Shown: positions 28,401-39,406, numbered from the stretch's first letter. The stretch is DNA of 64,000 nt from Limnohabitans sp. (GCA_046052765.1 JAVLFQ010000052.1), one strand, 5' to 3'. Made by a program: numbers and translations. Notes: a model not told the origin generated them from the letters alone.

Positions 28401-30278
28401 CTAAGAGGCGTTGGCTGGTGTTAGGGTGGTCTGCGTTTGTTGTTGATACACATGCACAACCAATGCCTTTTGCAATTCTTTCAACTGCACCGGTTTAGCT
28501 ATGAACGCATTGATACCGGCAGAGACGGCGTTTTCGCGGGTTTCTTTGAACACATCAGCCGTCAATGCAATCACTGGAATCTGTGCTTTTTGACAAGCCA
28601 TCGACCTGATCGCTCGCGTAGCTGTCAAGCCGTCCATCACCGGCATGTGTATGTCCATCAGCACCACATCGAAATCCTGTTGATCCAGTGCTTGCAACGC
28701 CAGTTCGCCGTTTTCACAAAAGGTGGCGTGGTGGCCAAGCTGCTGCAATAGAAACGCCAAAAACTTTTGGTTAACCGGATGGTCTTCGGCGACCAATACA
28801 CGCAGTGTTTCATTCTCTTTGATGCCAATGACTTGCTCAGTTCCCGTGTCTTCAACGACAGGCGCAGGCATTGGCACCCATGGCATACGAAACGTGAAGC
28901 TAGACCCTTGTCCAGGCTGGCTTTGCACGTGTATGTCCCCGCCAAGTAATCGCGCCAGCGCCATGGAGATTTCCAATCCCAGGCCAATGCCCGAGGATTT
29001 GCGTGATAAACCTGAGTCAACTTGGTAGAAAAGTTGAAACAGTTTGCTCATGGAAGTTTTGTCTAAACCTATGCCCGTATCGCTGACGGTAAATTCAAAA
29101 AAACGCGCCTGTCCTTCGTCGCTTGAGTGGTGAAAGTGCAGGCTAACTTCACCTTGCTGCGTGAATTTGATGGCGTTGTTTAGCAGGTTAAGCAATATCT
29201 GGCGTAGCCGTGTGCCGTCAGATTTCACCCAGAACGCCTCATCAGGTAAGTTGTGTAACGAGATGGACAGGTTTTTTTGTACGGCCAGAGGCCGCATGAT
29301 GGCCTCGACATTCAGCATCAACGATGCCAAGTCAACCGCTTCGGTGTGTAAGCTCATCTTGCCTGACTCGAGCGCAGACATGTCAAGAATGTCATTGAGC
29401 AACTTCAGAAAATGATCAGCTGAATCGTTCACGGTGTGAACCAAGTCGATCTGTTCCTGGGTCAGCGGGGTTTTGGCTAAGACGCCCAACATACCAACGA
29501 TACCGTTAAAAGGGGTACGCAACTCATGGCTCATGTTGGCCAAGAACAGGCTTTTGCCGCGACTGGCTGACTCTGCATCTTGTTGTGCTTGACGCAGTTG
29601 CTCATTCAACGCAGTCAAGGCGGCTTTTTCTCTTTGCAGCGACCGATGACGGTACAACAGACCAGCGGCTGTTGCCATTAACACCACCAATTGCACCAGA
29701 GTCAACCAAGTGATTTGCTGGTTTTGTGACAGCAATTCTGCATTTTGCTGTTCCATTAAGAGGGAGGCAATTAAATCTGCTGAATTACCAAGGGTCCGGT
29801 TGTTCTTAAAGAAATTTTGCATGTCTGCCAGCAGCAAACGAAGTTCGGTGTTGCTACTGGGTTCTTGGTCTAATTCATGTTGTGCACGTTGCACATACGT
29901 TTGCATGATGTTGAAGGTTGCAACGTTTTCTGGGTTTTTAAACAAGTAGGCCGAGCCCGGTGCATCGCGCACGGTATCTACTTTGCTCGACAGTAAATCG
30001 AGCCGTGTTTGTAATTCAGCCTTGGACACAGGCTGGCGCGAATCTAAATGCAATTGCAGCGCATGTTGAAAGCGTTGGAATTCACTGTCCAATATAAAAG
30101 CAGGCGCGGACAGCGAGTCAATTTTGACCGCATTTTGTTCAAGCAAGGACTTGCGTTGCGCCAGTTCGAACACTAGCAACGCCGCCATGACCAAGGCAAT
30201 CACGGCGGTGACCAAGAACAGCCGGATACAGAAGGGAACAGACAGTTGACGTAACGACATTGATGTGCGGTTATTCAA
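28401..30278 (-). CDS. Membrane-bound hybrid sensor histidine kinase (periplasmic sensor-HisKA-HATPase-REC)
   Basis: Two TMs flank a roughly 150-aa periplasmic domain. H-box FLANMSHELRTP, N-box NLLNNAIKFT, DTGIG, GIGLGL; receiver AEDHP...LMDIHMPVMDG...AKP. Confidence 0.95.
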   Translation of the reverse strand: MNNRTSMSLRQLSVPFCIRLFLVTAVIALVMAALLVFELAQRKSLLEQNAVKIDSLSAPAFILDSEFQRFQHALQLHLDSRQPVSKAELQTRLDLLSSKVDTVRDAPGSAYLFKNPENVATFNIMQTYVQRAQHELDQEPSSNTELRLLLADMQNFFKNNRTLGNSADLIASLLMEQQNAELLSQNQQITWLTLVQLVVLMATAAGLLYRHRSLQREKAALTALNEQLRQAQQDAESASRGKSLFLANMSHELRTPFNGIVGMLGVLAKTPLTQEQIDLVHTVNDSADHFLKLLNDILDMSALESGKMSLHTEAVDLASLMLNVEAIMRPLAVQKNLSISLHNLPDEAFWVKSDGTRLRQILLNLLNNAIKFTQQGEVSLHFHHSSDEGQARFFEFTVSDTGIGLDKTSMSKLFQLFYQVDSGLSRKSSGIGLGLEISMALARLLGGDIHVQSQPGQGSSFTFRMPWVPMPAPVVEDTGTEQVIGIKENETLRVLVAEDHPVNQKFLAFLLQQLGHHATFCENGELALQALDQQDFDVVLMDIHMPVMDGLTATRAIRSMACQKAQIPVIALTADVFKETRENAVSAGINAFIAKPVQLKELQKALVVHVYQQQTQTTLTPANAS

Positions 30279-30795
30279 TGATTAAGGCTTTGAGTTGCCA
30301 AACCGAACGCTGGTAGTACCGCACGCTTTGCAATTCTTTTTTACTGTCATAGGGATACACCACAAACAAGGGGCCTTTGTTTTTCATGCTTATTTGTTCA
30401 CCATTTAAAGAGTGGGCCAAGATGACATCAAAATTCATCGCATCACTGAACGGCAGTGTGTCTTTGTAATCATCCAAGGCGATCGCAGTGATGCTGTGGC
30501 CTTTTACCTTGGCTGCATTCAAAATATCTCTTAGCAAAGGGCCTGTGAACGCGACAGCGCTTTGATGCCAAGGCGTGTGGGTGGTGAATGTGTGTGGTGG
30601 TAATTTTTTCAGACTCGCCATGTCAAACTCCATCACCAATGTGGGCGCTTGCGATTTGTCGGCGGCCTGCTGGAAAACTTGCAACACCTTGTCGGTGGGC
30701 TTGGGCTCTTTGGCCATTACTTTCGACGGCACGAGCACCGTCAGAGTAAAACAAATGCAAGCAAACACAGTCAGCCAATGTTTGATCGAGTTCAT
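30271..30795 (-). CDS. Periplasmic sulfite-oxidase-fold protein without Moco Cys (PruR-like, candidate pterin-binding protein)
   Basis: Signal peptide then TPW, FTGPLLRDIL, ALDDY, KGP..VVYP, VWQL; overlaps the kinase start by 8 bp. Confidence 0.8.
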   Translation of the reverse strand: MNSIKHWLTVFACICFTLTVLVPSKVMAKEPKPTDKVLQVFQQAADKSQAPTLVMEFDMASLKKLPPHTFTTHTPWHQSAVAFTGPLLRDILNAAKVKGHSITAIALDDYKDTLPFSDAMNFDVILAHSLNGEQISMKNKGPLFVVYPYDSKKELQSVRYYQRSVWQLKALIIE

Positions 30796-30819
30796 AGGAT
30801 GAATAAGCATTGAACGGTG

Positions 30820-30960
30820 AAGATTTATTTCAAAAATATATTTTATATACCAATAAATCAACTTTTAGTTTTAAATATGGCAAATTATTCAACTATATTA
30901 ATTATTCTAATTAAATAGAAAACAATACTATTTTGTTGAAACTTTACATATCTGACAGTT
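30820..30960. promoter_or_regulatory. Very AT-rich upstream region of the PruR-like/kinase operon
   Basis: About 140 bp almost devoid of G/C between the DMT stop and the periplasmic gene start. Confidence 0.55.
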
Positions 30961-31890
30961 TCAAGGTTTGCGGGAGGAAACCCAAATACCGCCAACGATC
31001 AATACAAACGCCAGTCCGTGGAAAAAACGCGGTGTTTCGCCCAACACCAAGGTAGAAATCAAAGCAGCGAATAAAGGTGTGAGGTTGGCAAAAAACCCAG
31101 CGATATTAGGACCAACGCGTTGTATGCCCAAGCCCCAACTGCGGTAGGCCAACAAGGCCGGTCCCAACGCCACATACACCACACTGGCGGCCAATGGCCA
31201 GCCCCACACAATCTGCGGGTTGTTGCTCAAACGCCACTCGGCAGCGGTGAATGCACCGCTCCAAAGCAATCCAAACACCATTTGCGCGGTCAAAAAATAG
31301 GTCCAATTGCCGCGGATTTCTGGCGCATCCACGGGCAGGGACACCAACCAGCTGTACCAGGCCCAGCAAACCACCGCGATCAGAATGTAGATGTCGCCAA
31401 CCACCAGTTGCACCCGCATCAATGTGTCCCAATCGCCACGCCCCAGCACGCACAAAACGCCGGCAATGGACAAAGAGGCGCCCATTAACTGGCGCAAAGT
31501 GACGGATTGTTTGTAGAAAACGGCGCCCATGGCCAGCATGAACACCGGCACACTCGCACCCACCAAGGTCACGTTGATCGGCGTGGAGGTATGCAAAGCC
31601 AAATATTGGAAACTGTTGTAGCAGCCCACCCCAAGCAGACTCATCAAGGCATAGCGCCGCCAATGTGACCACATCGGACTAGAGGGTTTGAGTACTGGGT
31701 AGGACCAGGGCAATAACAAAGCAAACGCCAGCAGCCAGCGAAAAAAATTCAAGGTAATCGGCGGCACCATATCGGCCACGACACGACCCAATACGCTGTT
31801 ACCAGCCCACACCAAAGGAGGCAGCAACAGCAAGCCGGCGGTGGCTAAATCCAAGCTGGGTTTGGCTGGAGAGGGGGAAGTTTCAGACAT
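30961..31890 (-). CDS. EamA/DMT-family transporter
   Basis: WAGN..GR, PPITLNFFRW, LQYLAL-like FQYLAL, NLTPLF, VLGE. Confidence 0.9.
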   Translation of the reverse strand: MSETSPSPAKPSLDLATAGLLLLPPLVWAGNSVLGRVVADMVPPITLNFFRWLLAFALLLPWSYPVLKPSSPMWSHWRRYALMSLLGVGCYNSFQYLALHTSTPINVTLVGASVPVFMLAMGAVFYKQSVTLRQLMGASLSIAGVLCVLGRGDWDTLMRVQLVVGDIYILIAVVCWAWYSWLVSLPVDAPEIRGNWTYFLTAQMVFGLLWSGAFTAAEWRLSNNPQIVWGWPLAASVVYVALGPALLAYRSWGLGIQRVGPNIAGFFANLTPLFAALISTLVLGETPRFFHGLAFVLIVGGIWVSSRKP

Positions 31891-31981
31891 GACAAGGACT
31901 CTAACCGAGTTGCGTGGACAATCGCAATGGGGGCTTGGCAGTTGGCCAGCCCATTTACAACTATCCAGACAGGAGCCAGCC

Positions 31982-32965
31982 ATGAGCAAAGCCATTCAAT
32001 TCAAACATACCGGTGGACCCGAGGTATTGCAACTCGCTGACGTGAGCGTTGGCGCCCCCGGCCCTGGCGAAGTGCGGATCGCTCACAAAGCGGTCGGCTT
32101 GAATTACATAGACGTTTACCACCGCACTGGCTTGTACCCCTTGCCGCTGCCGCACGGTTTGGGCATGGAAGGCGCTGGTGTGATTGAAGCTGTGGGCGAA
32201 GGCGTCACCCACTTGCAAGCAGGCGACCGCGCGGCATACGCCAGCGCCCCGCCAGGAAGCTATTGCGAAGCGCGTGTCATGCCAGCCAAAAACGTGTGCA
32301 AATTGCCGGACAGTATTTCGTTTGAAACAGCGGCTGGCATGATGCTCAAAGGCATGACGGTGCAGTATTTGCTCAAGCGCACCTTGCCGCAAGCCGGTTT
32401 ACATGCAGGCGATTTGATTTTGTTCCACGCCGCTGCCGGTGGCGTGGGTCTGATTGCCTGCCAGTGGGCCAAGGCCTTGGGTTTACAACTGATTGGTACT
32501 GCAGGCAGCGATGAAAAATGCGCACTCGCCAAAGCCAATGGCGCCGCCCATGTGATCAATTACAACAAGGAAGACTTTGAAGCGCGCGTCAAAGACATCA
32601 CCAACGGCAAAGGCGTCAAAGTGGTGTATGACTCGGTTGGCAAAGATACCTGGGACAAATCGCTCAACTGTTTGTCACCCTTTGGCTTGATGGCCAGTTT
32701 CGGCAATGCCTCAGGCCCGGTCGAACCATTTGCACCTGGCTCACTCGGCGCCAAGGGTTCGATTTACGTGACACGCCAAACCTTGTTCACCCATATCGCC
32801 ACCCGCGAGACCAACCAGCAAATGGCCGAAGATTTGTTTGATGTGGTCGGCAGCGGCAAGGTGAAAATTCATATCGAACAACGCTACGCGTTGGCCGATG
32901 CAGCACAAGCGCACCGCGACTTGGAAGCACGCAAAACCACCGGCAGTACTTTGCTGACTGTCTAA
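31982..32965 (+). CDS. qor: NADPH:quinone oxidoreductase (zeta-crystallin)
   Basis: GLNYIDVYHRTG, HAAAGGVG, YDSVGKDT, FGNASG, RKTTGS. Confidence 0.93.
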   Translation: MSKAIQFKHTGGPEVLQLADVSVGAPGPGEVRIAHKAVGLNYIDVYHRTGLYPLPLPHGLGMEGAGVIEAVGEGVTHLQAGDRAAYASAPPGSYCEARVMPAKNVCKLPDSISFETAAGMMLKGMTVQYLLKRTLPQAGLHAGDLILFHAAAGGVGLIACQWAKALGLQLIGTAGSDEKCALAKANGAAHVINYNKEDFEARVKDITNGKGVKVVYDSVGKDTWDKSLNCLSPFGLMASFGNASGPVEPFAPGSLGAKGSIYVTRQTLFTHIATRETNQQMAEDLFDVVGSGKVKIHIEQRYALADAAQAHRDLEARKTTGSTLLTV

Positions 32966-33025
32966 CTGGCACAAACAAGCACCGCCGGTGAAAGCTGGCG
33001 GTATTGACACTGAACAGGTCTATTT

Positions 33026-34723
33026 GTGGATCGCCATTCCAACAGCTTTATCGACGCCTCATTGCGCCCGCACCTGCTGGCTTGGATATGCCTGACATTG
33101 CTTGTCAATGCGCTGATACTGTTGACGCCTATCCTGAACGAAGGTGACTCGGTTTTGTATGCAGCCTTGTCGCAACATATGGTCAGCACTGGCAACTGGA
33201 ATGACTTGGTATTGGATGGGCGGGACTGGTTGGACAAACCGCATTTCCCGTTTTGGATAGGGGCCTTGTCGTTCAAATTGCTCGGTGTCAGTGTGTTTGC
33301 CTACATGTTGCCGGGTTATCTGTTTCATGTGCTGGGCGCTTATTACACCTACCGCATAGCGCGTTTGTTTCACGCACGAGAAACCGGGCTGATCGCTTTG
33401 TTGGTGTATGTTTCGGTCTACCATTTGATGTACACCACCACCGCCTTGAAAGCCGAGGCATTTTTGACCGGCAGCATCATGGCCGCGTGTTACCACTGGT
33501 TGCGCTATGACGCACAGAGTGGCTTGAAACATCTGTTGCTTGGTGCCATATTTAGCGGCATCGCTGTGATGACCAAAGGTGTGTTTACCTTGATCACCAT
33601 CAGCAGTGGTTTGCTGTGTATGTGGGTATACCAAGGGCGCTGGCGCGAGTTGCTACGCTTGAAATGGCTGTTGGCTTTGCTGTTGACCATGGTGTGCGTA
33701 TTGCCGGAGTTATGGGCTTTGTACCGGCAGTTCGATATGCATCCGGAAAAAACCATTTTCAATCAAACCGGCGTGTCAGGCATACGCTTTTTTCTGTGGG
33801 ACAGCCAGTTCGGGCGTTTTTTCAACGTTGGCCCGATCACCAACACGGGCGGCAACAAACTTTTTTTCGTGCTGGTGTTTCTGTGGGCGTTTTTACCTTG
33901 GGTGGCGGCGTTTGTGATGGCCTGTGGAAGCGTTCTAAAGCATTTCAGTACGCAAGAAGACATACCGCGTTCACAGCATGTGTATGTACTCAGCAGCTTT
34001 TTCATCAGCTTCTTGATGTTCAGTCTGACTGGTTTTCAATTGGATTACTACACCGTCATCGTTTACCCGTTTGCCGCTATTTTGATTGCGCCTGTGCTTT
34101 TGGCTAGCCTTGCCGACAAGACGGCGAAAGGTGTGCGCAGGGCGCAATTAGGCATGGGCTTGCTCACTTTGACGCTGGCCGTGTGGCTCAGTCTCAAGAT
34201 CGGGCATGTCGCGTTGCAATTGCTGTCAGGCATGGGGCTGCTGGTCTGGTTGATTTACGCACGTCTACAAAAAAAACAATGGCACGCTTTGAGTGTGATG
34301 GTGTATCCGGTGATGGCGGTCAACCTGTTGTATCTGGTGCTCGAAGGCATGACCTTGATAGCCCATACGCGCTACAGCATTCCCCATAACGTTTTGACAT
34401 CCATGGCAAACGAGCAGAATGTACCGGTGGTGGTGTACCGGCTTGACCCTCCGGTCACCTATGAACTCGGTCTTTACCGCCAAACCGCGCCAGTGTTGCG
34501 CATTGATAAACCTGAAGACTTGCCGCCCCAAAGTGATAACTATTTTTTGTTGACCCGTACCGCTGAAGCGGTCAAGTTAAAAGAACGCATAGGCTTAATG
34601 ACCGCGGTGCAGCAGGGCGATTGGGTAGACCACAAGACGGGCACCTTGCCCCGACAAATTGAATTGGCTGCCGGCCGTGCTGCTTTGGAGAGTTTCAGCG
34701 TATACAAAGTCTCGCCGCGCTGA
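33026..34723 (+). CDS. ArnT/PMT-family GT-C glycosyltransferase
   Basis: EGDSVLYA, WLDKPHFPFW, AVMTKG, LDYYTVIVYP; polytopic membrane protein. Confidence 0.85.
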   Translation: MDRHSNSFIDASLRPHLLAWICLTLLVNALILLTPILNEGDSVLYAALSQHMVSTGNWNDLVLDGRDWLDKPHFPFWIGALSFKLLGVSVFAYMLPGYLFHVLGAYYTYRIARLFHARETGLIALLVYVSVYHLMYTTTALKAEAFLTGSIMAACYHWLRYDAQSGLKHLLLGAIFSGIAVMTKGVFTLITISSGLLCMWVYQGRWRELLRLKWLLALLLTMVCVLPELWALYRQFDMHPEKTIFNQTGVSGIRFFLWDSQFGRFFNVGPITNTGGNKLFFVLVFLWAFLPWVAAFVMACGSVLKHFSTQEDIPRSQHVYVLSSFFISFLMFSLTGFQLDYYTVIVYPFAAILIAPVLLASLADKTAKGVRRAQLGMGLLTLTLAVWLSLKIGHVALQLLSGMGLLVWLIYARLQKKQWHALSVMVYPVMAVNLLYLVLEGMTLIAHTRYSIPHNVLTSMANEQNVPVVVYRLDPPVTYELGLYRQTAPVLRIDKPEDLPPQSDNYFLLTRTAEAVKLKERIGLMTAVQQGDWVDHKTGTLPRQIELAAGRAALESFSVYKVSPR

Positions 34724-34810
34724 AGCTGTGCTGAATGCTCAGAGGCGCGGACAAAAAGCTTGTCGGCTGTTTATCTGCACTTGTGATCGGTCACAGCAAC
34801 AAACAGACGT

Positions 34811-35320
34811 TCAAGCAGCGCGTCTGACCCGCAGTAACTCATCGAGTATCAAACACACTGTGCCCACACTGATGGCGCTGTCTGCCAGGTTAAACGCAGG
34901 AAAATGGCCTTGGTAAAAAAGCGGGGCCAACCCATCCCAATGGAAATCTAAAAAATCAATCACATAGCCCCACAGCACGCGGTCGATCACATTGCCCACT
35001 GCACCGCCCAGCACCAGTGACAACGCAAAACAAAACAATTTTTGGTTTGGATGACTGCGCAGCAACCAAATGATGAAGCCCGCTGCACCCAAACCAATGC
35101 CAGTGAACAACCAGCGTTGCCAACCGGAGGCGGAAGATAAAAACGAAAACGCTGCGCCGCTGTTGTGCACCCGCACCAGGTTAAAAAACGACGTCACCGT
35201 GTGGCTGTCACCGAGCTGAAAACTGCCGATGATCAACACCTTGGTGATTTGATCGGCCAGCAAAATGGTCAAGGCGATACCTAGCCATACAAACAAAAAA
35301 CGTTGTGCGTTGCGTGCCAT
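34811..35320 (-). CDS. lspA: Lipoprotein signal peptidase II
   Basis: [30 protein letters not shown]. Confidence 0.96.
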   Translation of the reverse strand: MARNAQRFLFVWLGIALTILLADQITKVLIIGSFQLGDSHTVTSFFNLVRVHNSGAAFSFLSSASGWQRWLFTGIGLGAAGFIIWLLRSHPNQKLFCFALSLVLGGAVGNVIDRVLWGYVIDFLDFHWDGLAPLFYQGHFPAFNLADSAISVGTVCLILDELLRVRRAA

Positions 35321-35374
35321 GGTCAGAAATTTTCAGGTGAGCTTGGAGGAAAAGATGGAGACACAAACAAGGCT

Positions 35375-38287
35375 TTAGGCATACATGCGCTGCTCACCGC
35401 TACCGTGCAGGTTGCTGTCGCAACGTCCGCAAATCGTTGGGTGCGCGGCAATGCTGCCGACGTCGGCGCTGTAATGCCAGCAACGCTCACACTTGGTACG
35501 TGCTGAGGGTACTACTTCAACTGTGAGTTCGCTGCCGGTTTTGAGTTCCATGCTGGAGACGATGAAGACAAATTTCAAGTCATCGCCCAAGCTATGGAGC
35601 AAGGCCATATCGGCAGGATTGAGCGTCAATACAGTTTGTGCTTGCAGAGGCGAGCCGACCAAGCCTTGCGCGCGCACCACTTCAATTTCTTTGTTCACGG
35701 CTTCGCGAATTTCACGTATGCGCGACCATTTGTCCAGCAATGTGGTGTCTGGCGCAGGCAGTTGCACATAGGTGTCTTTGAAGATGGTGTTGCCCAAGCC
35801 GAGCACACCCCAAGCTTCTTCAGCGGTGAAGCTCAAAAACGGCGCCATCCAGCGCAGCATGGCTTGGGTGATGTGCCACAAAGCGGTTTGTGCACTGCGT
35901 CGCGCATGCGAAGCGGCAGCGGTGGTGTAGAGCCTGTCCTTCAAGACGTCAAGGTAAAACGCGCCTAAGTCCTCAGAGCAATAGATTTGCAGTTTCGAGA
36001 CCACGGGGTGGAACTCGTAACGCCCGAAATGGCCGCCTTCGAACACCTTGGTCTGCGGGTTGAAGTGACCGACGATATCGGTTTGCAGTTGCGCAGCGCG
36101 GCTGATGGCGTAGCGGTCAACTTCCAGCATCTGCGCCCATGGCACCGCGTGGGTAGCGATATCAAAGTCGCTGGTGTTGGCCAGCAAAAACTTCAGCGTG
36201 TTGCGCACCCGACGGTAAGTGTCGACCACGCGTGCCAAAATTTTGTCGTCGATGTTCAAGTCGCCCGAGTAGTCGGTAGACGCCACCCACAGGCGCACGA
36301 TTTCAGCACCTAGTTTGTCAGTGACTTCTTGCGGCACCACGGTGTTGCCCAGACTTTTGCTCATCTTGCGGCCTTGGCCATCGGTGGCAAAACCGTGCGT
36401 CAACAGACCACGGTAAGGCGCGCGATCGTAAAGCGCACAACCGAGCAACAGCGAACTGTGAAACCAGCCTCGGTGCTGGTCGTGGCCTTCCAAATACAGG
36501 TCAGCCTCGGGGCCGTTGTGGTGGAAAGGTGGACGGTCGTATGCATCTTTGTGGCTGCCGCGAAGTACGTGTTCAAACGTAGAACCCGAGTCGAACCAGA
36601 CCTCCAAAATATCGGTGCTTTTGCTGTAGTCGTCAGCTTGGGCGGTTTCACCTTTGCCATGTGCATTCAGCAATGCTTGAATATGGTTTACATCCGCGCG
36701 GCTCCAGGCTTCAATGCCGCCTTCTTCCACCATACTGGCTGCAATGTCCAAAATGTCCATGGTGTCCGGATGTAATTCGCCGCTGTCTTTGTGCAGCAAA
36801 AATGGCACCGGCACGCCCCAACTGCGCTGGCGCGAAATACACCAGTCGGGACGGTTGGCAATCATGTCGCGCAAACGGGTTTTGCCGTTTTCGGGATAGA
36901 ACTTGGTTTGCTCAATCGCGTCCAACGCCAACTGTCGCAATGTTTTTGACGCTTTGTCTTGGGTGAACACACCCTCGCCTTCGTCCATGCGCACAAACCA
37001 TTGGGCCGCCGCGCGGTAAATCACTGGCGTCTTGTGGCGCCAGCAATGAGGGTAACTGTGCGTGATACCGTGCGTCGCCATCAAGCGATGGGCATTTTTC
37101 AAAGTCTCCAAAATATTCTGCACAGCTTTCCAAATGTGCTGCCCGCCGAACAACGCAAAGTCGGCGGCATACGCGCCGTTGCCTTGCACCGGGTTGAGGA
37201 TGTCGTCATAAGGCAGGCCGTGTGCGACGCAGGAATTGAAGTCATCTACGCCATACGCAGGAGCGCTGTGAACAATACCGGTGCCGTCAGCGTCGGTGGC
37301 GTAGTCCGCCAAGTACACAGGCGCAGTGCGCTTGTATGCAGCATCCACATGAGACAGCGGGTGGTGAAACTCAATCAAATCCAGCGACTGGCCTTGGCAA
37401 GTCGCTATGGCTTTACCGCTGAGTTGCCAGCGCTCTAAACATTTTTCCACCAGTGATTCAGCGCACAAGAAATAACCTCGCTCGGTATCCACCAAGGCAT
37501 AGGTCAATTCGGGGTTGAGGTTGAGCGCTTGGTTGGCGGGAATGGTCCAAGCGGTGGTGGTCCAGATGACCGCAAACGCTTCTTTGTCGAGCTTTGTCAG
37601 GCCAAAGGCTTGGGCCAGTTTGTCGGGTTGGGCACATAAAAAAGCCACATCCAGCGTGTCACTTTTTTTATCTGCGTATTCAATTTCAAATTCAGCCAAG
37701 GACGAGCCGCAATCGAAACACCAATACACAGGCTTCAAGCCACGGTAGACAAACCCACGCTCGATCACCCGTTTGAAAGCACGGATTTCACCGGCTTCGT
37801 TGGCAAAGTCCATGGTGCGGTAAGGCCGCTCCCAGTCGCCCAAGACCCCTAAGCGTTTGAAGTCTTCGCGTTGCTGATCGATTTGCTCGGTAGCAAACGC
37901 GCGGCTCTTGGCCTGCATGTCGTCACGTGACAACTTACGGCCGTGCAGTTTTTCAATCGCGTTTTCAATCGGTAATCCGTGGCAATCCCAACCGGGGATG
38001 TACTGCGCGTCAAAACCGGCAAGTTGGCGGCTTTTGACGATCATGTCTTTGAGCACTTTGTTCAGTGCATGGCCGATGTGCAGTTTGCCGTTGGCGTACG
38101 GAGGGCCGTCATGCAACACAAACAAAGGTTGGCCGTGGCGTGCCATGCGCAGTTGTTTGTACAGGCCTTGCTCGGTCCAGCTTTGGGCCCAAGCGGGTTC
38201 GCGCTTGGGCAGATCGCCGCGCATAGGAAAAGGCGTGTCGGGCAGGTTCAAGGTGGCGCGGTAATCGGTGGTGTTCGCTTCGGTCAT
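35375..38287 (-). CDS. ileS: Isoleucine--tRNA ligase (type 1)
   Basis: [26 protein letters not shown]-terminal CERC...CGRC zinc finger. Confidence 0.98.
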   Translation of the reverse strand: MTEANTTDYRATLNLPDTPFPMRGDLPKREPAWAQSWTEQGLYKQLRMARHGQPLFVLHDGPPYANGKLHIGHALNKVLKDMIVKSRQLAGFDAQYIPGWDCHGLPIENAIEKLHGRKLSRDDMQAKSRAFATEQIDQQREDFKRLGVLGDWERPYRTMDFANEAGEIRAFKRVIERGFVYRGLKPVYWCFDCGSSLAEFEIEYADKKSDTLDVAFLCAQPDKLAQAFGLTKLDKEAFAVIWTTTAWTIPANQALNLNPELTYALVDTERGYFLCAESLVEKCLERWQLSGKAIATCQGQSLDLIEFHHPLSHVDAAYKRTAPVYLADYATDADGTGIVHSAPAYGVDDFNSCVAHGLPYDDILNPVQGNGAYAADFALFGGQHIWKAVQNILETLKNAHRLMATHGITHSYPHCWRHKTPVIYRAAAQWFVRMDEGEGVFTQDKASKTLRQLALDAIEQTKFYPENGKTRLRDMIANRPDWCISRQRSWGVPVPFLLHKDSGELHPDTMDILDIAASMVEEGGIEAWSRADVNHIQALLNAHGKGETAQADDYSKSTDILEVWFDSGSTFEHVLRGSHKDAYDRPPFHHNGPEADLYLEGHDQHRGWFHSSLLLGCALYDRAPYRGLLTHGFATDGQGRKMSKSLGNTVVPQEVTDKLGAEIVRLWVASTDYSGDLNIDDKILARVVDTYRRVRNTLKFLLANTSDFDIATHAVPWAQMLEVDRYAISRAAQLQTDIVGHFNPQTKVFEGGHFGRYEFHPVVSKLQIYCSEDLGAFYLDVLKDRLYTTAAASHARRSAQTALWHITQAMLRWMAPFLSFTAEEAWGVLGLGNTIFKDTYVQLPAPDTTLLDKWSRIREIREAVNKEIEVVRAQGLVGSPLQAQTVLTLNPADMALLHSLGDDLKFVFIVSSMELKTGSELTVEVVPSARTKCERCWHYSADVGSIAAHPTICGRCDSNLHGSGEQRMYA

Positions 38288-38398
38288 GTCAATTCAGGGT
38301 CAATGTATGTCATCGGATGAAGGTCTGACACTGCGTCATCAGTGGCAGTGGTCAGTCGAATCAAGAGACGCGGGGCAAGGTGCGTCATGCAGGCCCAG

Positions 38399-39406
38399 TC
38401 AAATTCGGGCGGCCAGCCAGGCGCGCGCATCTTCGCAATCGCGCTGTATGCCCTGGTTCAAAGCATCCAAGCTTTCATATGTCAATTCGTCATGTAATTT
38501 ATGCAGCAGTTCCACCTTGATGAGTTTACCGTAGCCCCCCTCCGGGCCCAGATCAGCAGGCCAGTTCAGGCAATGCGTTTCCAGCAATACCTGACCGCGG
38601 TTCACATCGTTGGCGTCCAGAGATGGGCGCACGCCGAAATTCGCCACACCCGGCAGCGGCTTGTCGCTCAGCCCATGGACTTGCGCTACAAAAATACCGC
38701 TGGCTGCTGGCTTGTCATGGGCGAATCGCAGATTCAAGGTGGGGCAGTTGAGTTCACGTCCGAGCTTGCGCCCATGCACCACATGGCCCGAGAGTGCATA
38801 CGGACGACCCAGCAGCAACGCAGCCTGACGCATATCCCCATCGGCCAATGCTTGACGCACTGCCGAGCTGGAGACTCGCACGCCGGTCACGCTTGGTTTG
38901 TTGGCTGAAGCCGGTTCTGATATTTCATAACTGTTCATGCGAGCGACTTCAAAGCCATGTTGAAGTCCACTGCGCGACAAAGAGGCGTAGTCTCCCGCGC
39001 GTTTGGCGCCATAGCAAAAATCGTCGCCGACCAGCACATAGCGCACGCCCAAGCCATGCACCAACATACGTTGCACAAAATCGTCCGGACTCAAACAGGC
39101 CAATGCTTGGTTAAACGGTAGCACCACGCATTGGGCAATACCGCAGGCTTGCAGTTCAGCCAATTTGTCGCGTAATCCGGCGATACGCGCAGGCGCCAAC
39201 GAGGGTTGATGAGACAGCTTGGCAAAAAAATCGCGCGGATGCGGCTCGAAAGTCATGACGCAAGACGGCACCCCGCGCTGTCGTGCTTCGTTGTGCAACA
39301 AAGCCAACATCGCCTGGTGACCGCGGTGCACACCATCGAAATTACCGATAGTTAGCGCACAGGCTGGGGCAATGCCGCCGTGATGAATACCTCTGAAAAT
39401 TTGCAT
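38399..39406 (-). CDS. ribF: Bifunctional riboflavin kinase/FAD synthetase
   Basis: GNFDGVHRGH, TFEPHP, VSSSAVR, GRELNCPTLN, LETH. Confidence 0.96.
   Translation of the reverse strand: MQIFRGIHHGGIAPACALTIGNFDGVHRGHQAMLALLHNEARQRGVPSCVMTFEPHPRDFFAKLSHQPSLAPARIAGLRDKLAELQACGIAQCVVLPFNQALACLSPDDFVQRMLVHGLGVRYVLVGDDFCYGAKRAGDYASLSRSGLQHGFEVARMNSYEISEPASANKPSVTGVRVSSSAVRQALADGDMRQAALLLGRPYALSGHVVHGRKLGRELNCPTLNLRFAHDKPAASGIFVAQVHGLSDKPLPGVANFGVRPSLDANDVNRGQVLLETHCLNWPADLGPEGGYGKLIKVELLHKLHDELTYESLDALNQGIQRDCEDARAWLAARI

Noticed and set aside
34782-34795. TGTGA-TCGG-TCACA palindrome resembling a CRP site
   Set aside because: The spacer is 4 bp rather than 6, and it lies between convergent gene ends; more likely part of a terminator hairpin.
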